DNA from: Candidatus Wukongarchaeum yapensis
Lineage (GTDB): Archaea; Asgardarchaeota; Wukongarchaeia; Wukongarchaeales; Wukongarchaeaceae
Length of the DNA stretch: 20,370 nt
Reading direction: 5' to 3'
Assembly (NCBI GenBank): GCA_016840425.1
Contig: JAEOSI010000017.1
Coordinates: forward strand, 1 to 20,370
Of this stretch, positions 1 through 8,963 are shown piece by piece. Both the position numbers and the translations under genes were made by a program. How positions within the stretch are numbered: position 1 is the first letter of the stretch; each line of letters begins with the position of its first letter. Below the pieces are notes generated by a model. It searched no databases. It saw only the letters and a program-made list of their open reading frames with translations, and was not told where the DNA came from.

Positions 1-218
1 GTCTCCTCTACGCTTTCTAGCCACCCCATAAATTCTCTTTTTACCTCTCTCTGCACAACTTCTTCTTATGTATACAATTTGGGTTTTGAGATTTTTATTA
101 ACATAATTTGAGTGGATATTATCTTTAGGGGTGTTTTAAGGGGGGAGGAAATTGAAATTAGGTATGGAAAGTTAGTTTGTCAAAAAATAAGAGAAGGGAG
201 TTTAATTATACAATTTAG

Positions 219-2603
219 TTATTCTTTTCTTTTTTTAAGCATTACTAGAGTTGCTATGGTTAAGGCTACTCCAATACTTGCGACGCCCCAGTAGATTAGT
301 TTTACGCCGAGGAGTTCGTTTTCACCACCAGGGTATTTGTATGATTGTTCTTCTGAAGTTCCCTTATTTCCTTCGCTATCTGTGCCTTCAATATAGTAGT
401 ATACGGTTGTGCCAGGTTCTTGGGTAGGTATGTCTACTGTGGCGGTTCTTGGGAACTCCCAGGGGTAACTTGCGGCGGAAGCGATGGGCATTCTAGTGTA
501 GTTTTCACTTGTACTGGTGCGGTAATTGAGTATCCCTATTTCTACTTCTGCTAATCCTATTTCTTCGATTGCTGCGGTGATTGTTACAGGCTCGTCAGAT
601 TTAACTTCACCGTGAGAACCCGAAATCACGGGGGCATCTAGGTCAAATTCACTAGATAGACTGACATTGAAATATTCTGTGTTGTTACGGAGTTTTCGAA
701 CATTTCCGGCATTGTCTCCTATTTCAATGTAGTATTGGAGGGTTTTGTTAACCGTAATTCCTACTTCTTGTAGGTCTTCAGGTAGTAGTTCGAGGCAGAA
801 GAAGTTTTCGTCGACAGGTCTGTAAACGGTTTTGTTTTTCCAATCATCTGAATAGAGATCTGATCGATAGAATATTGTTACGTTATTTATTCCTGATTCA
901 GAGTCTGATGCGTTGAACCAGATAATAAAACCGTAATTTAGGCTTGCGGTGGTTCTATCTGGGTGAACATCCTTTTTATAAGCATCGGGAGCGGTATCGT
1001 CGTCAGGTAAGTTGGCGACTGTGTATGAACTTATATTTGATTCGAAATAGTTACCAGCGGTATCAGTGCCGTTGATGTAGTATTCGAAGGTATCTCCGGC
1101 TGAGTATGTTAAGTTAAGTACGCCTTCTTTGCCAGCTTTAGGGGGGTGTACAACGCTATATAAAATATATGGTACAGCTTCCCAATCACCAGAGTTGACA
1201 CGGTAAACTATTGTTGTGTTAAGGGGGTCTAGACCTGATAGTCCGTCTTCAAAATAAGCCATAAGGTTTACTCTAGTTCGTTCGGTGATATTTGAGGGTG
1301 TGTGTTGCAAACTTTTAACTAAGGGGGCTTTATTATCGACCGCGACGGGTGCAGAGATCGTTAAAGGTCCAATGTGCTTGTATAGGGCGTTGTTTTGATC
1401 ATCAGTGAAGGATATTTTCATATGTAGTTCGCCTGGGGAGAGCTTATCGCATCTAACAATCACAGAAAATAGGGGACCAGTGGGTACCAGTGGTGGTACA
1501 ACTACTAAATCTAAGAAAAACATGGGGGGAGGTTTTGTTATGTCTTCAGTCCAAGAGCGGTAGTTTATACCGTCTTGACTGTATGAGACCTTTATCATTC
1601 CTTTTTCCATATCGAAAAGGTTCGTGTTATCGTCTGTAACTGTTAGCATTACGTAAAGGTAATCCCATGTAGTGATTACGTTGGGGTTATCGGGGTTGTT
1701 AGATGCGATTTGTACTGCTAGTACTTGGGGACCTTTATTATTTATTGGGTCGCTTGACAATTTTACTTTATGAAAATTTCCACTATTGTTGTTTATGGCT
1801 GTGTTTCCCCAAATATCTCCGGCTTTGATATATATGTAGATAGAATCGCCTATATTGAGAGTGTCAGGTATTATGAAGCTTGCTTGGAAAGCATCGAAAA
1901 CGGCTCGAGAATAGTCTTGGAGGTCATAGCCTTGTCTTATCATCGGTATTCTGTTCCAAGGTCCCTTAGAACTATTAGACCAGTATAAGAAAGCAGCTGA
2001 GAAAAAGATAAAGGATTCGTCTGAGATGTTGCATCCGACAGAAATAGCTTCTCCTGGTCCTACTTTTTCGGGTGTAATCACGATGTCTGATATAATCGGA
2101 GGTTCGCGATCAGAAGTTGATTTCACCGTGTATTCATAATAATAGCCTTGATTATCTGCTATTGCTTCATTTACACCGTCTGTAGCTGTTAAATAGTATT
2201 TCACCGTTGTTCTTGCTGGTTGGGGCGGTATAGTACCAAGCCACATATCGCCTATTTCATCGTCGTCAAATCGTATTTTTTCGCAAGATACAAGGTTAAA
2301 AGATGAGCAATCGTTTGTTGAGTAGTAGAGGGTTACTTCTTCGACACCGTCAGCATCAGCTACTGAAGTAACGACCGTACCATGATCGTGGGGTCCCACG
2401 GGAAGGGAAGCAACAATTCTGAATACGGGCGGTGTATTATCAGTCCTTGAAACACTTACTGAATCTGTAATTGTAGTTGTTGATGTCAAATGCATATTTG
2501 AAGGGGGTAATGATTGAAAAGTTAAGAGTCCTAAAACTATTACAGAGATGATAAACTGTTTTTGAGGCTTAATGTAAAATAATTTCTTCTTCTTTTTAAT
2601 CAT
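219..2603 (-). CDS. Membrane-anchored cell-surface protein with six Ig/FN3-like repeats (about 794 aa)
   Basis: N-terminal Lys-rich plus hydrophobic signal-like segment. Six modules of about 110-130 aa open with DNTPP, DREPP, NNKGP, DNKAP, DDTAP and DLDAP and close with Y-x-I-x-x-x-D-x-x-GN-like strands. C-terminal TM helix (LIYWGVASIGVALTIATLVML) followed by KKRKE. 15 N-x-S/T sequons counted. ATG at 2603 is preferred over the TTG at 2612 because GAGGAG lies 10 nt upstream of the ATG but only 1 nt from the TTG. Confidence 0.8.
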   Translation of the reverse strand: MIKKKKKLFYIKPQKQFIISVIVLGLLTFQSLPPSNMHLTSTTTITDSVSVSRTDNTPPVFRIVASLPVGPHDHGTVVTSVADADGVEEVTLYYSTNDCSSFNLVSCEKIRFDDDEIGDMWLGTIPPQPARTTVKYYLTATDGVNEAIADNQGYYYEYTVKSTSDREPPIISDIVITPEKVGPGEAISVGCNISDESFIFFSAAFLYWSNSSKGPWNRIPMIRQGYDLQDYSRAVFDAFQASFIIPDTLNIGDSIYIYIKAGDIWGNTAINNNSGNFHKVKLSSDPINNKGPQVLAVQIASNNPDNPNVITTWDYLYVMLTVTDDNTNLFDMEKGMIKVSYSQDGINYRSWTEDITKPPPMFFLDLVVVPPLVPTGPLFSVIVRCDKLSPGELHMKISFTDDQNNALYKHIGPLTISAPVAVDNKAPLVKSLQHTPSNITERTRVNLMAYFEDGLSGLDPLNTTIVYRVNSGDWEAVPYILYSVVHPPKAGKEGVLNLTYSAGDTFEYYINGTDTAGNYFESNISSYTVANLPDDDTAPDAYKKDVHPDRTTASLNYGFIIWFNASDSESGINNVTIFYRSDLYSDDWKNKTVYRPVDENFFCLELLPEDLQEVGITVNKTLQYYIEIGDNAGNVRKLRNNTEYFNVSLSSEFDLDAPVISGSHGEVKSDEPVTITAAIEEIGLAEVEIGILNYRTSTSENYTRMPIASAASYPWEFPRTATVDIPTQEPGTTVYYYIEGTDSEGNKGTSEEQSYKYPGGENELLGVKLIYWGVASIGVALTIATLVMLKKRKE

Positions 2604-2618
2604 CGTTGTCAAACTCCT

Positions 2619-5012
2619 CTATTCTTCTTCATCGAATAATTGCTTCACATCCGGAAACATCGCCTCTCCCGGGAACTCTTCAGCTTCTCCTTCTTCCTTT
2701 TTTTCAGGCAATTCTTCCCTTACTTCTTCTGCTACTACTACTTCTATTGGTCCTTCAACCTCTTTTTTCATGGCTTCTTCTGCAGCTTTTTGTGCTTCAA
2801 CAGCTTTCCGGAATACCTCCAACACTAGAGCCTCTGCTGTGGCGAAGACTTTCAAGTCACCTGTCCATCTTTCAAGTAGATGACCGTATTGTTCTGCGAA
2901 CTTTTCTGCGAACTTCTTTGCATGTTTGTGGATTATGTGTAGGTCTTTTTCTGCCACCAAAGCTACTACGAACCGCTCTTGATGTTCGAGGAGGATCTTT
3001 CTGTCTTCATGGTCTACTGCGCGTAATCTCTGTTCTGATTGCATTGATTCGGCTACGAATTGTGAAATGGCGGAAATCATTCCTGTGACAAGAGCCGAGT
3101 CTACAGCCAGCTTGCTGAATGTGTAGTCGAAAGCACAGAGACCTTCGTTGCTGAAAACGAATAGATTGTGGAGGCTTTTCTCCCAACCTCGCTCTTCCAT
3201 TTTATGTTTAACGAACAATCCTGTGGGAGTGGATAGTGCTACGGCGCCTAGAAGTAGTATGTAAGGCAGCCAGCTGATCTCCTCTTTCTCAAGTCGAGGG
3301 ACGATTGTTAAAGATACAAGGGGAGTGTATCCTATCTCGACGCCGTTGCTCCAGAAGACTGTTATGTTATACTGTCCTTCTGTTTCCCAATCATCTGTAA
3401 TTTTGAAGTTTGACGAATAGAAGTAGCCATCTACGGCTTCAGTTATGTTTTCTTGTAGGAGAATGGTTCCGTTTGGAGCTAAAAGGGTTATTTCGCACCA
3501 ATCGTTAGTGACTCCTTCGGTGACAGGATTTCCAGCAGCATCAGCTATGAAGACGCTAATCCTAGCAGTTGATTCTATTTCAATTTCGTTTGTTGTGTGC
3601 CATGTATCGCCGGAAAGTTTCTCCGTTGTAACAGTTCGGAGATAATTTGGCGATGAGAAAACAGCTGTGTATTCTCCAGATGCGATAGAGATTGCAGGAA
3701 CTATGATGCAGTTATACTCCTTGTTGAAGACCGTCTTCGTACCAAAATTTATGCCGAGGGCATCTAGGTCTACTTCAGCTCCAGTAGGATCATATAGGGC
3801 TTCAAAAGTCCAATCACTCTCATATGTTAGGTAATTTTCCCTTACAAAAAGCGAGCTACCCATTAGGGTGTAGGATACGTTCCAAGTGATCTTAGTGGGT
3901 GATACTGAGTACTTGGTGGTAGATTCGTAGCTATTAATGAAATCTGTATAGGTGTAAAGGTTTAAGGTAGGTACAGGCGCATCAACAGTGACAGTGATAT
4001 TGATATCGTAGTTAAGTTCAGTCCAAGCGGTGTCAAAGTATAAGGTGTACTCGCCGATGTAGCCCTGCAGGGTATCTTTACGAAAGGTTGGCGTGTAGTC
4101 ACCAGCAAGACCGACATCAATGCCTGTGGTAACTGTAAATCGAGCGTTAAGAGTTGAGGGATTGATCATTTCGTTTAAACCGATTTTCATTATTAGATCT
4201 GTATCCTCATCTTTAGAATAGGTCTCCCAAGCAAAATTGGACGCATTGAAGAAACTCGTAGTACCGTTGTTTGCTCTCCCTGAAAGGACATTATTTTCCA
4301 AAATCCAAGAGGAAGCAGGCACATAAGAAAGCCCCGCGTCAGTGAACCAAAATATTGCAAAATGATAATTACCTTCATCCAAGACTAAATTCATGTCCGT
4401 TATATTAATCCATCCGGTCCAAATGGTTCCCGATGGGATGGTGTTCCGGAGAAAGCCGATGTAAATCATGTTTTGACTTTCAAAATTCTCCTTGAAAACA
4501 AGAACAAGATAGTCAATTTGATTCCCATAGTCAACTATACTATAGTTAAACCATAATGACACATTATAAAGCACGCTCATTTTCTCAACTTCAAATTCTT
4601 GGGCAGCTCCAGAAACATAACCACTTTCGAGATCATCGATCGTATTCAAATTCCAACTAACATTATTTCCTATGTTTTGATATGTTGAAATTGCAGAACT
4701 TTCATCAATAGCCGTAGTAACCATGCGAATTTTATCAGCGTAGAGATCAAGACCCCATAACTGAAAAGTGGTTGATAAACCCCTACCATCGCCACTTTCA
4801 GTCAAAGTGTTTGTTGAGAATCCCTGCTCCTCCTCCCTCTCTGGATAGACTATGAATGACTTCTGATTCCGAGTTTCTCCGGTGATCTCGGAGCTTTGAA
4901 GCTCGCTTGGAGCATTACTCATTCCAGTCTGAGAAATTATGAAGAAGCAACTTAAAGAAATTAAGAAGATAAATGTTAAGGCAAAAAGAGTATTAGATTT
5001 ATGAAAAACCAT
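2619..5012 (-). CDS. Single-pass membrane protein: signal peptide, large extracellular domain, TM helix, cytoplasmic longin-like domain, acidic tail (797 aa)
   Basis: Hydrophobic N-terminus; about 550 aa beta-rich region with 11 N-x-S/T sequons; TM ISWLPYILLLGAVALSTPTGLFV (about 3205-3276). The following domain (about 2810-3175), LHNLFVFSNEGLCAFDYTF...DSALVTGMISAISQFVAE...LRAVDHEDRKILLE...FVVALVAE...FAEKFAEQY, matches the pattern of Asgard longin-like domains. Glu/Lys-rich tail. GGAGAG upstream of the ATG. Confidence 0.75.
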   Translation of the reverse strand: MVFHKSNTLFALTFIFLISLSCFFIISQTGMSNAPSELQSSEITGETRNQKSFIVYPEREEEQGFSTNTLTESGDGRGLSTTFQLWGLDLYADKIRMVTTAIDESSAISTYQNIGNNVSWNLNTIDDLESGYVSGAAQEFEVEKMSVLYNVSLWFNYSIVDYGNQIDYLVLVFKENFESQNMIYIGFLRNTIPSGTIWTGWINITDMNLVLDEGNYHFAIFWFTDAGLSYVPASSWILENNVLSGRANNGTTSFFNASNFAWETYSKDEDTDLIMKIGLNEMINPSTLNARFTVTTGIDVGLAGDYTPTFRKDTLQGYIGEYTLYFDTAWTELNYDINITVTVDAPVPTLNLYTYTDFINSYESTTKYSVSPTKITWNVSYTLMGSSLFVRENYLTYESDWTFEALYDPTGAEVDLDALGINFGTKTVFNKEYNCIIVPAISIASGEYTAVFSSPNYLRTVTTEKLSGDTWHTTNEIEIESTARISVFIADAAGNPVTEGVTNDWCEITLLAPNGTILLQENITEAVDGYFYSSNFKITDDWETEGQYNITVFWSNGVEIGYTPLVSLTIVPRLEKEEISWLPYILLLGAVALSTPTGLFVKHKMEERGWEKSLHNLFVFSNEGLCAFDYTFSKLAVDSALVTGMISAISQFVAESMQSEQRLRAVDHEDRKILLEHQERFVVALVAEKDLHIIHKHAKKFAEKFAEQYGHLLERWTGDLKVFATAEALVLEVFRKAVEAQKAAEEAMKKEVEGPIEVVVAEEVREELPEKKEEGEAEEFPGEAMFPDVKQLFDEEE

Positions 5013-5193
5013 TTTTCCAGACTCTCCACATATTTTTATCTATTACCGGATTCTGGAGGTGAAGACAGGCTCTTATATATTATATCTGAGAAATAGCAAT
5101 TTAATATTTCGATCATAAAATTGGAGATATTGGATGATTTTTCATTGAAAGTCTATCTCACTTAAAAAGGAGTAGAATTTATACATTCGATCT

Positions 5194-6396
5194 TTAGTTT
5201 TTCTTCAATTCACGAAGTTGTTTAATTAAAATCGGGACTATTTCAAGAATATCTCCAACAATCCCAAAATCAGCGACTTTGAATATTGGAGCATCTGGGT
5301 CCTTATTGATTGCTATGATGATGTCAGAAGAGCTCATTCCTACAAGATGTTGGATCGCTCCGGAGATTCCTAGGGCTATGTAGAGTTTTGGGCTTACGGT
5401 CTTTCCAGATTGGCCTACTTGGAAAGAATGGGGTAGCCATCCTAGATCTACTAGGGATCTCGAGCAGGACATTGTTCCATTTAGTTCTTCTGCTAATTCC
5501 TTGATTAATTCCAAGTTTTCTTTTGTTTGAATTCCTCGACCTGCGGAGATGAGGATATCAGCTTCTTCAATGGGAATAGTTTCCTCTTTTTGAGTAATGG
5601 CAGAATCAATGATCTTCGTCCGAATCCCTTTTGGATTAAGTTTAACAGGAATTTCTTTGATGGTTCCAGTTCGTTCAGGGTTAGGGGTTCCTTTGGGGAA
5701 CACATTGGGTCGGACTGTTGCTAGTTGGGGGCGTGTGTAGGGGGATAAGATGGAGGCCATAATATTTCCTCCAAAGGCAGGTCTGGTTTGAACTAGTTGT
5801 CGATCTTCGTTTATGTCCAGCCCTGTACAATCGGCAGTTAATCCCACTTTCAACCTTGCAGCAATTCTTGGTGCAAGGTCTCGTCCGGTCGGGGTGGCTC
5901 CGAATAGGATGATTGAGAATTTTTCTTGCATGATCACCCCGGCAATGATGTTGGTAAAACCTTCAGTAGAGTATTGTTCAAGAAGGGGGTGTTGGCATAA
6001 ATAGACTTTATCCGCTCCATGACTAATGAGGGTTTGAGTAAGTTGGGAGTTTTTTGCACCGAGTAAAATAGTGGATAGATCTTCTTCTAATTTGTCGGCT
6101 AGTATTCGACCTTTTTCGAGTATTTGGAGGGCTACGGGTTTAATTTGAGGTTCATTTTTTATTTCACATTCTGCAAAAATGCATACTCCTGAATATTTTG
6201 TTAATTCTTCTGGTGATAGCTGGGCGGGCCTTTCAATATTGAGGGCATGCTGGGGGCAGACGTTTACACAAGCTCCGCATAAGGTGCAATTTTCTAATAC
6301 TTTCGCTTTTTTATTTACAACAACTATGGCTGCGAAAGGACAGGTTTTCTCGCATAATTTGCAACCGTTACAAGCTTCTAGATCGATTTGAAGCAT
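5194..6396 (-). CDS. etfA: Electron transfer flavoprotein alpha subunit with N-terminal 2x[4Fe-4S] ferredoxin domain (LctC/CarE-like architecture)
   Basis: CNGCKLCEKTCP and CTLCGACVNVCP at the N-terminus; ETF-alpha motifs GRDLAPRIAARL, GLTADCT, QTRPAFGGN and QVGQSGKTVSPKLYIALGISGAIQHLVGM. AAGGAG RBS lies within the etfB 3' end. Confidence 0.95.
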   Translation of the reverse strand: MLQIDLEACNGCKLCEKTCPFAAIVVVNKKAKVLENCTLCGACVNVCPQHALNIERPAQLSPEELTKYSGVCIFAECEIKNEPQIKPVALQILEKGRILADKLEEDLSTILLGAKNSQLTQTLISHGADKVYLCQHPLLEQYSTEGFTNIIAGVIMQEKFSIILFGATPTGRDLAPRIAARLKVGLTADCTGLDINEDRQLVQTRPAFGGNIMASILSPYTRPQLATVRPNVFPKGTPNPERTGTIKEIPVKLNPKGIRTKIIDSAITQKEETIPIEEADILISAGRGIQTKENLELIKELAEELNGTMSCSRSLVDLGWLPHSFQVGQSGKTVSPKLYIALGISGAIQHLVGMSSSDIIIAINKDPDAPIFKVADFGIVGDILEIVPILIKQLRELKKN

Positions 6397-6401
6397 TTAT
6401 A

Positions 6402-7220
6402 TTACTCCTTGTCAACGAATACATTTTCTTGGAGGAATTCTATCAGTCTAGAGACGGCGGCTTCGGGATCGTCACTTTCGATTTTTTGCCCCCCAGTTCT
6501 ACTTTTAGGAGGGAAAATTTTGGCAACTTGAGTCGGAGATCCGCTCAAACCGAACCTTGAAGTATCTTTGCTCAAATCATCAGCGATCACGTTTTTAATC
6601 ACTTTTCTTCGCGCGTTAATTATTTCTTTAAAGGACGGAATTCTAAGGATGTTTGATCCACTGCTTACAGAGACGAGGGCTGGAAGTTTACATTCTACAA
6701 TCTCATAACCGTTTTCAGTCTCGCGTTCAACTTGAATTCTCCTTCTTTCCGGAATTAGATTAGTAGATGTTACGTAAGTAATTTGAGGTATTCCAAGGTG
6801 TTCGGCTAGTTCTGGGCCGACTTGTGCAGTATCGCCGTCGATGGCTTGTTTTCCTGTAAAAATTAAGGTGAAATCTTCTTCAAATTTTTGAATGGCTTCA
6901 CTTAAGGCTAGTGAGGTGGCTAATGTGTCCGCTCCGGCGAATTTTCGGTCACAAAGGAGGATCGCGCGATCAGCTCCTAGTTCTAAGCATCGTAAAAGGG
7001 CGCTCCGTGCTTGAGGAGGCCCCATTGTTAAAACTATAACTTCGACTTCCTCTCCTCCTCTTTCTTCTTGTTCTTTTTTGATTCTAATAGCTTCATCTAA
7101 TGCATATTCGCAAAATGGATTTAGTATGGACTGAACTCCTTCTCTTATGAGTGTACCTGTTTCTGGGTTTATCTTCACTTCACCAGCAGGAACTTGTTTT
7201 ATACATACGATTATCTTCAT
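6402..7220 (-). CDS. etfB: Electron transfer flavoprotein beta subunit, bifurcating-type motifs
   Basis: MKIIVCIKQVP, DRKFAGADTLATS and GKQAIDGDTAQVGP motifs. The start is either ATG 7220 or GTG 7226; both follow AAGGAG. Confidence 0.95.
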   Translation of the reverse strand: MKIIVCIKQVPAGEVKINPETGTLIREGVQSILNPFCEYALDEAIRIKKEQEERGGEEVEVIVLTMGPPQARSALLRCLELGADRAILLCDRKFAGADTLATSLALSEAIQKFEEDFTLIFTGKQAIDGDTAQVGPELAEHLGIPQITYVTSTNLIPERRRIQVERETENGYEIVECKLPALVSVSSGSNILRIPSFKEIINARRKVIKNVIADDLSKDTSRFGLSGSPTQVAKIFPPKSRTGGQKIESDDPEAAVSRLIEFLQENVFVDKE

Positions 7221-7235
7221 TGTCACTTAGGCTCC

Positions 7236-8870
7236 TTAAATATTTACCATATTACCGATCGAAAAAAGACCAGTTGGGTCGAGTGCTTGCTTGACTTCGA
7301 TTATTTGGCGTCTTTTATCTTCATCGAACATGATGTTAAAATATTCTTTTTTGATTTTTCCTATTCCGTGTTCGGCAGAAACTGTGCCTCCTAAGGAGAC
7401 CGCTTTTTTGGCAAAAACCTTGTAAAGTTCTTTTGCTTTCGCAAGTTCTTTTTCATCTTTTGGTAAAATGTTAATGTGGAGATGATTGTCCCCGATATGG
7501 CCGAAAATGACATGTTCTAGGTTTGATTCCCTAAGTTTTTCCCGATAAAACGATAAGATTCCAGCAAGATTGGTCTCAGGGATTATTGGCACAGCCATAT
7601 CGGTTCCAAGTTTATGAATAGTTGGATTTTTCTGTTTTCTTTCAGCGATAATGGCGTTTACTGTTTCGGGAAGGAGGTGTCGAAAGGCCGTTATCCTATC
7701 TATTTCTCGATCTTCATAACAAGCCCAGGTTTGGTCCATTGAACTATTATTTTTAATTGCAATTGTTTCTAATCTCTCGTAAAGTTCGGGAAGACTATCT
7801 TCATTATAACTGATCTCGAAAATTATTGCCGCGACATTTTTTGGGATTGGCGGCATATTAACTAGGGGGGGATCTGAAATCTGTTTTTTTCTTAAGAGTT
7901 TGAGAGAGTCTGGGCATAAGTATTCTAGAAATTCGGTTTTTAAACTTGAATCTTTTAGGCGGATATCATTCACAAAACTGGCTGCATCCATTTCAGTCGG
8001 GAAAAAAGTGGTAACAGCAATAACGTTTTCTGGTTTTTCTGTTATCCAAACTTCGACCTCCGTTATTACTCCTAAAATGCCTTCAGATCCGATGAATAGA
8101 TCGATGAGGTCCATGGAAGGTTCTGTGAAAAGGCCAGCTGCATTCTTAACATTAGTTCCTATTCTATAATAGGGGATAGAAAACGTTTTTGTTTCTCCTG
8201 CTGTGTTTTGGATAGTAAAAGTTCCTTCTGGTGAGGCGTGATATTTTCCTCGGGGAATGTCTAATATTTCCCCGTTTGCAAGGACTAGCCGGACCTTGCG
8301 AACCCATTTTCGAGTGGCTCCATATTTGTAGGAAAGAGAGCCTGAAGCATTAGTAGCTACGGTTCCTCCGAGATGGGCAGTCTTCTCTGTTGGATCTACG
8401 GGATACCAGTAAGTCTTTTCATCTTGGCTGAATTTATCCAGTAGTTCCTTTTGCTTTTCTTCTAATTCTGGAAACTTTTTCTGGATAACCTTTTCATTTA
8501 GTTCTTTAAGCGAAACTCCTGGTTGGCTTCTTACGTACCACTGTTTGGTTTTTTCATCGAATCCTAGTCCTAGAATGGCGTTAAGCTTTTCTAAGGAGAG
8601 GATAGCGCCTCCAAAGGGGACACATCCCCCAACAATACCAGTTCTGGCAGCTGAGATAGTGATAGGGACTCCTCTTTTCTCCATTTCTTGTACAACTGTA
8701 ACTATTTCTTCCTCATTTTTTGGAAAAAAAAGCCATTCTGCATAGCCCTTAAGTTTTGATTCATCGATTGTATATGAGGAAAACATCGATTCAATGTTCT
8801 CTTTTCCTTCGATTTTTCTTACTTTTTCAAAAGTAACTCCTGGCGAATATCCTGTTCTAATAAAATCCAT
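7236..8870 (-). CDS. FAD-linked D-lactate/glycolate (D-2-hydroxyacid) dehydrogenase, LctD/Dld/GlcD family
   Basis: FAD-binding PCMH region PVDPTEKTAHLGGTVATNASG and FIGSEGILGVITE; C-terminal FGHIGDNHLHINIL and GGTVSAEHGIGKIK substrate/metal-site motifs. ATG 8870 is 5 nt after AGGTGA (ORF-track GTG at 8879). The exact substrate cannot be determined from sequence alone. Confidence 0.85.
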   Translation of the reverse strand: MDFIRTGYSPGVTFEKVRKIEGKENIESMFSSYTIDESKLKGYAEWLFFPKNEEEIVTVVQEMEKRGVPITISAARTGIVGGCVPFGGAILSLEKLNAILGLGFDEKTKQWYVRSQPGVSLKELNEKVIQKKFPELEEKQKELLDKFSQDEKTYWYPVDPTEKTAHLGGTVATNASGSLSYKYGATRKWVRKVRLVLANGEILDIPRGKYHASPEGTFTIQNTAGETKTFSIPYYRIGTNVKNAAGLFTEPSMDLIDLFIGSEGILGVITEVEVWITEKPENVIAVTTFFPTEMDAASFVNDIRLKDSSLKTEFLEYLCPDSLKLLRKKQISDPPLVNMPPIPKNVAAIIFEISYNEDSLPELYERLETIAIKNNSSMDQTWACYEDREIDRITAFRHLLPETVNAIIAERKQKNPTIHKLGTDMAVPIIPETNLAGILSFYREKLRESNLEHVIFGHIGDNHLHINILPKDEKELAKAKELYKVFAKKAVSLGGTVSAEHGIGKIKKEYFNIMFDEDKRRQIIEVKQALDPTGLFSIGNMVNI

Positions 8871-8963
8871 TAAATTCACCTGTAATATCGATCTTGACTT
8901 TGGTGCATCAGTTTTCGTAATAGGATTGGTTTTTTAGGCGGATTATATATGTTTTTTCTTTTT

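Noticed and set aside
1-29. Possible start of a minus-strand gene at the window edge (ATG 29 or GTG 24)
   Set aside because: Fewer than ten codons are visible, so the frame cannot be decided.
112-294. 60-aa plus-strand ORF
   Set aside because: Overlaps the 3' end of the Ig-repeat gene in antisense, and has no recognisable motif.
2606-3088. 160-aa plus-strand Leu-rich ORF
   Set aside because: Antisense shadow of the Glu/Lys-rich (GAA/AAG) tail of the longin protein.
219-5012. Both surface ORFs are exactly 797 aa in the ORF track
   Set aside because: Coincidence. The RBS favours a 794-aa start for the first gene, and the two proteins show no visible similarity to each other.
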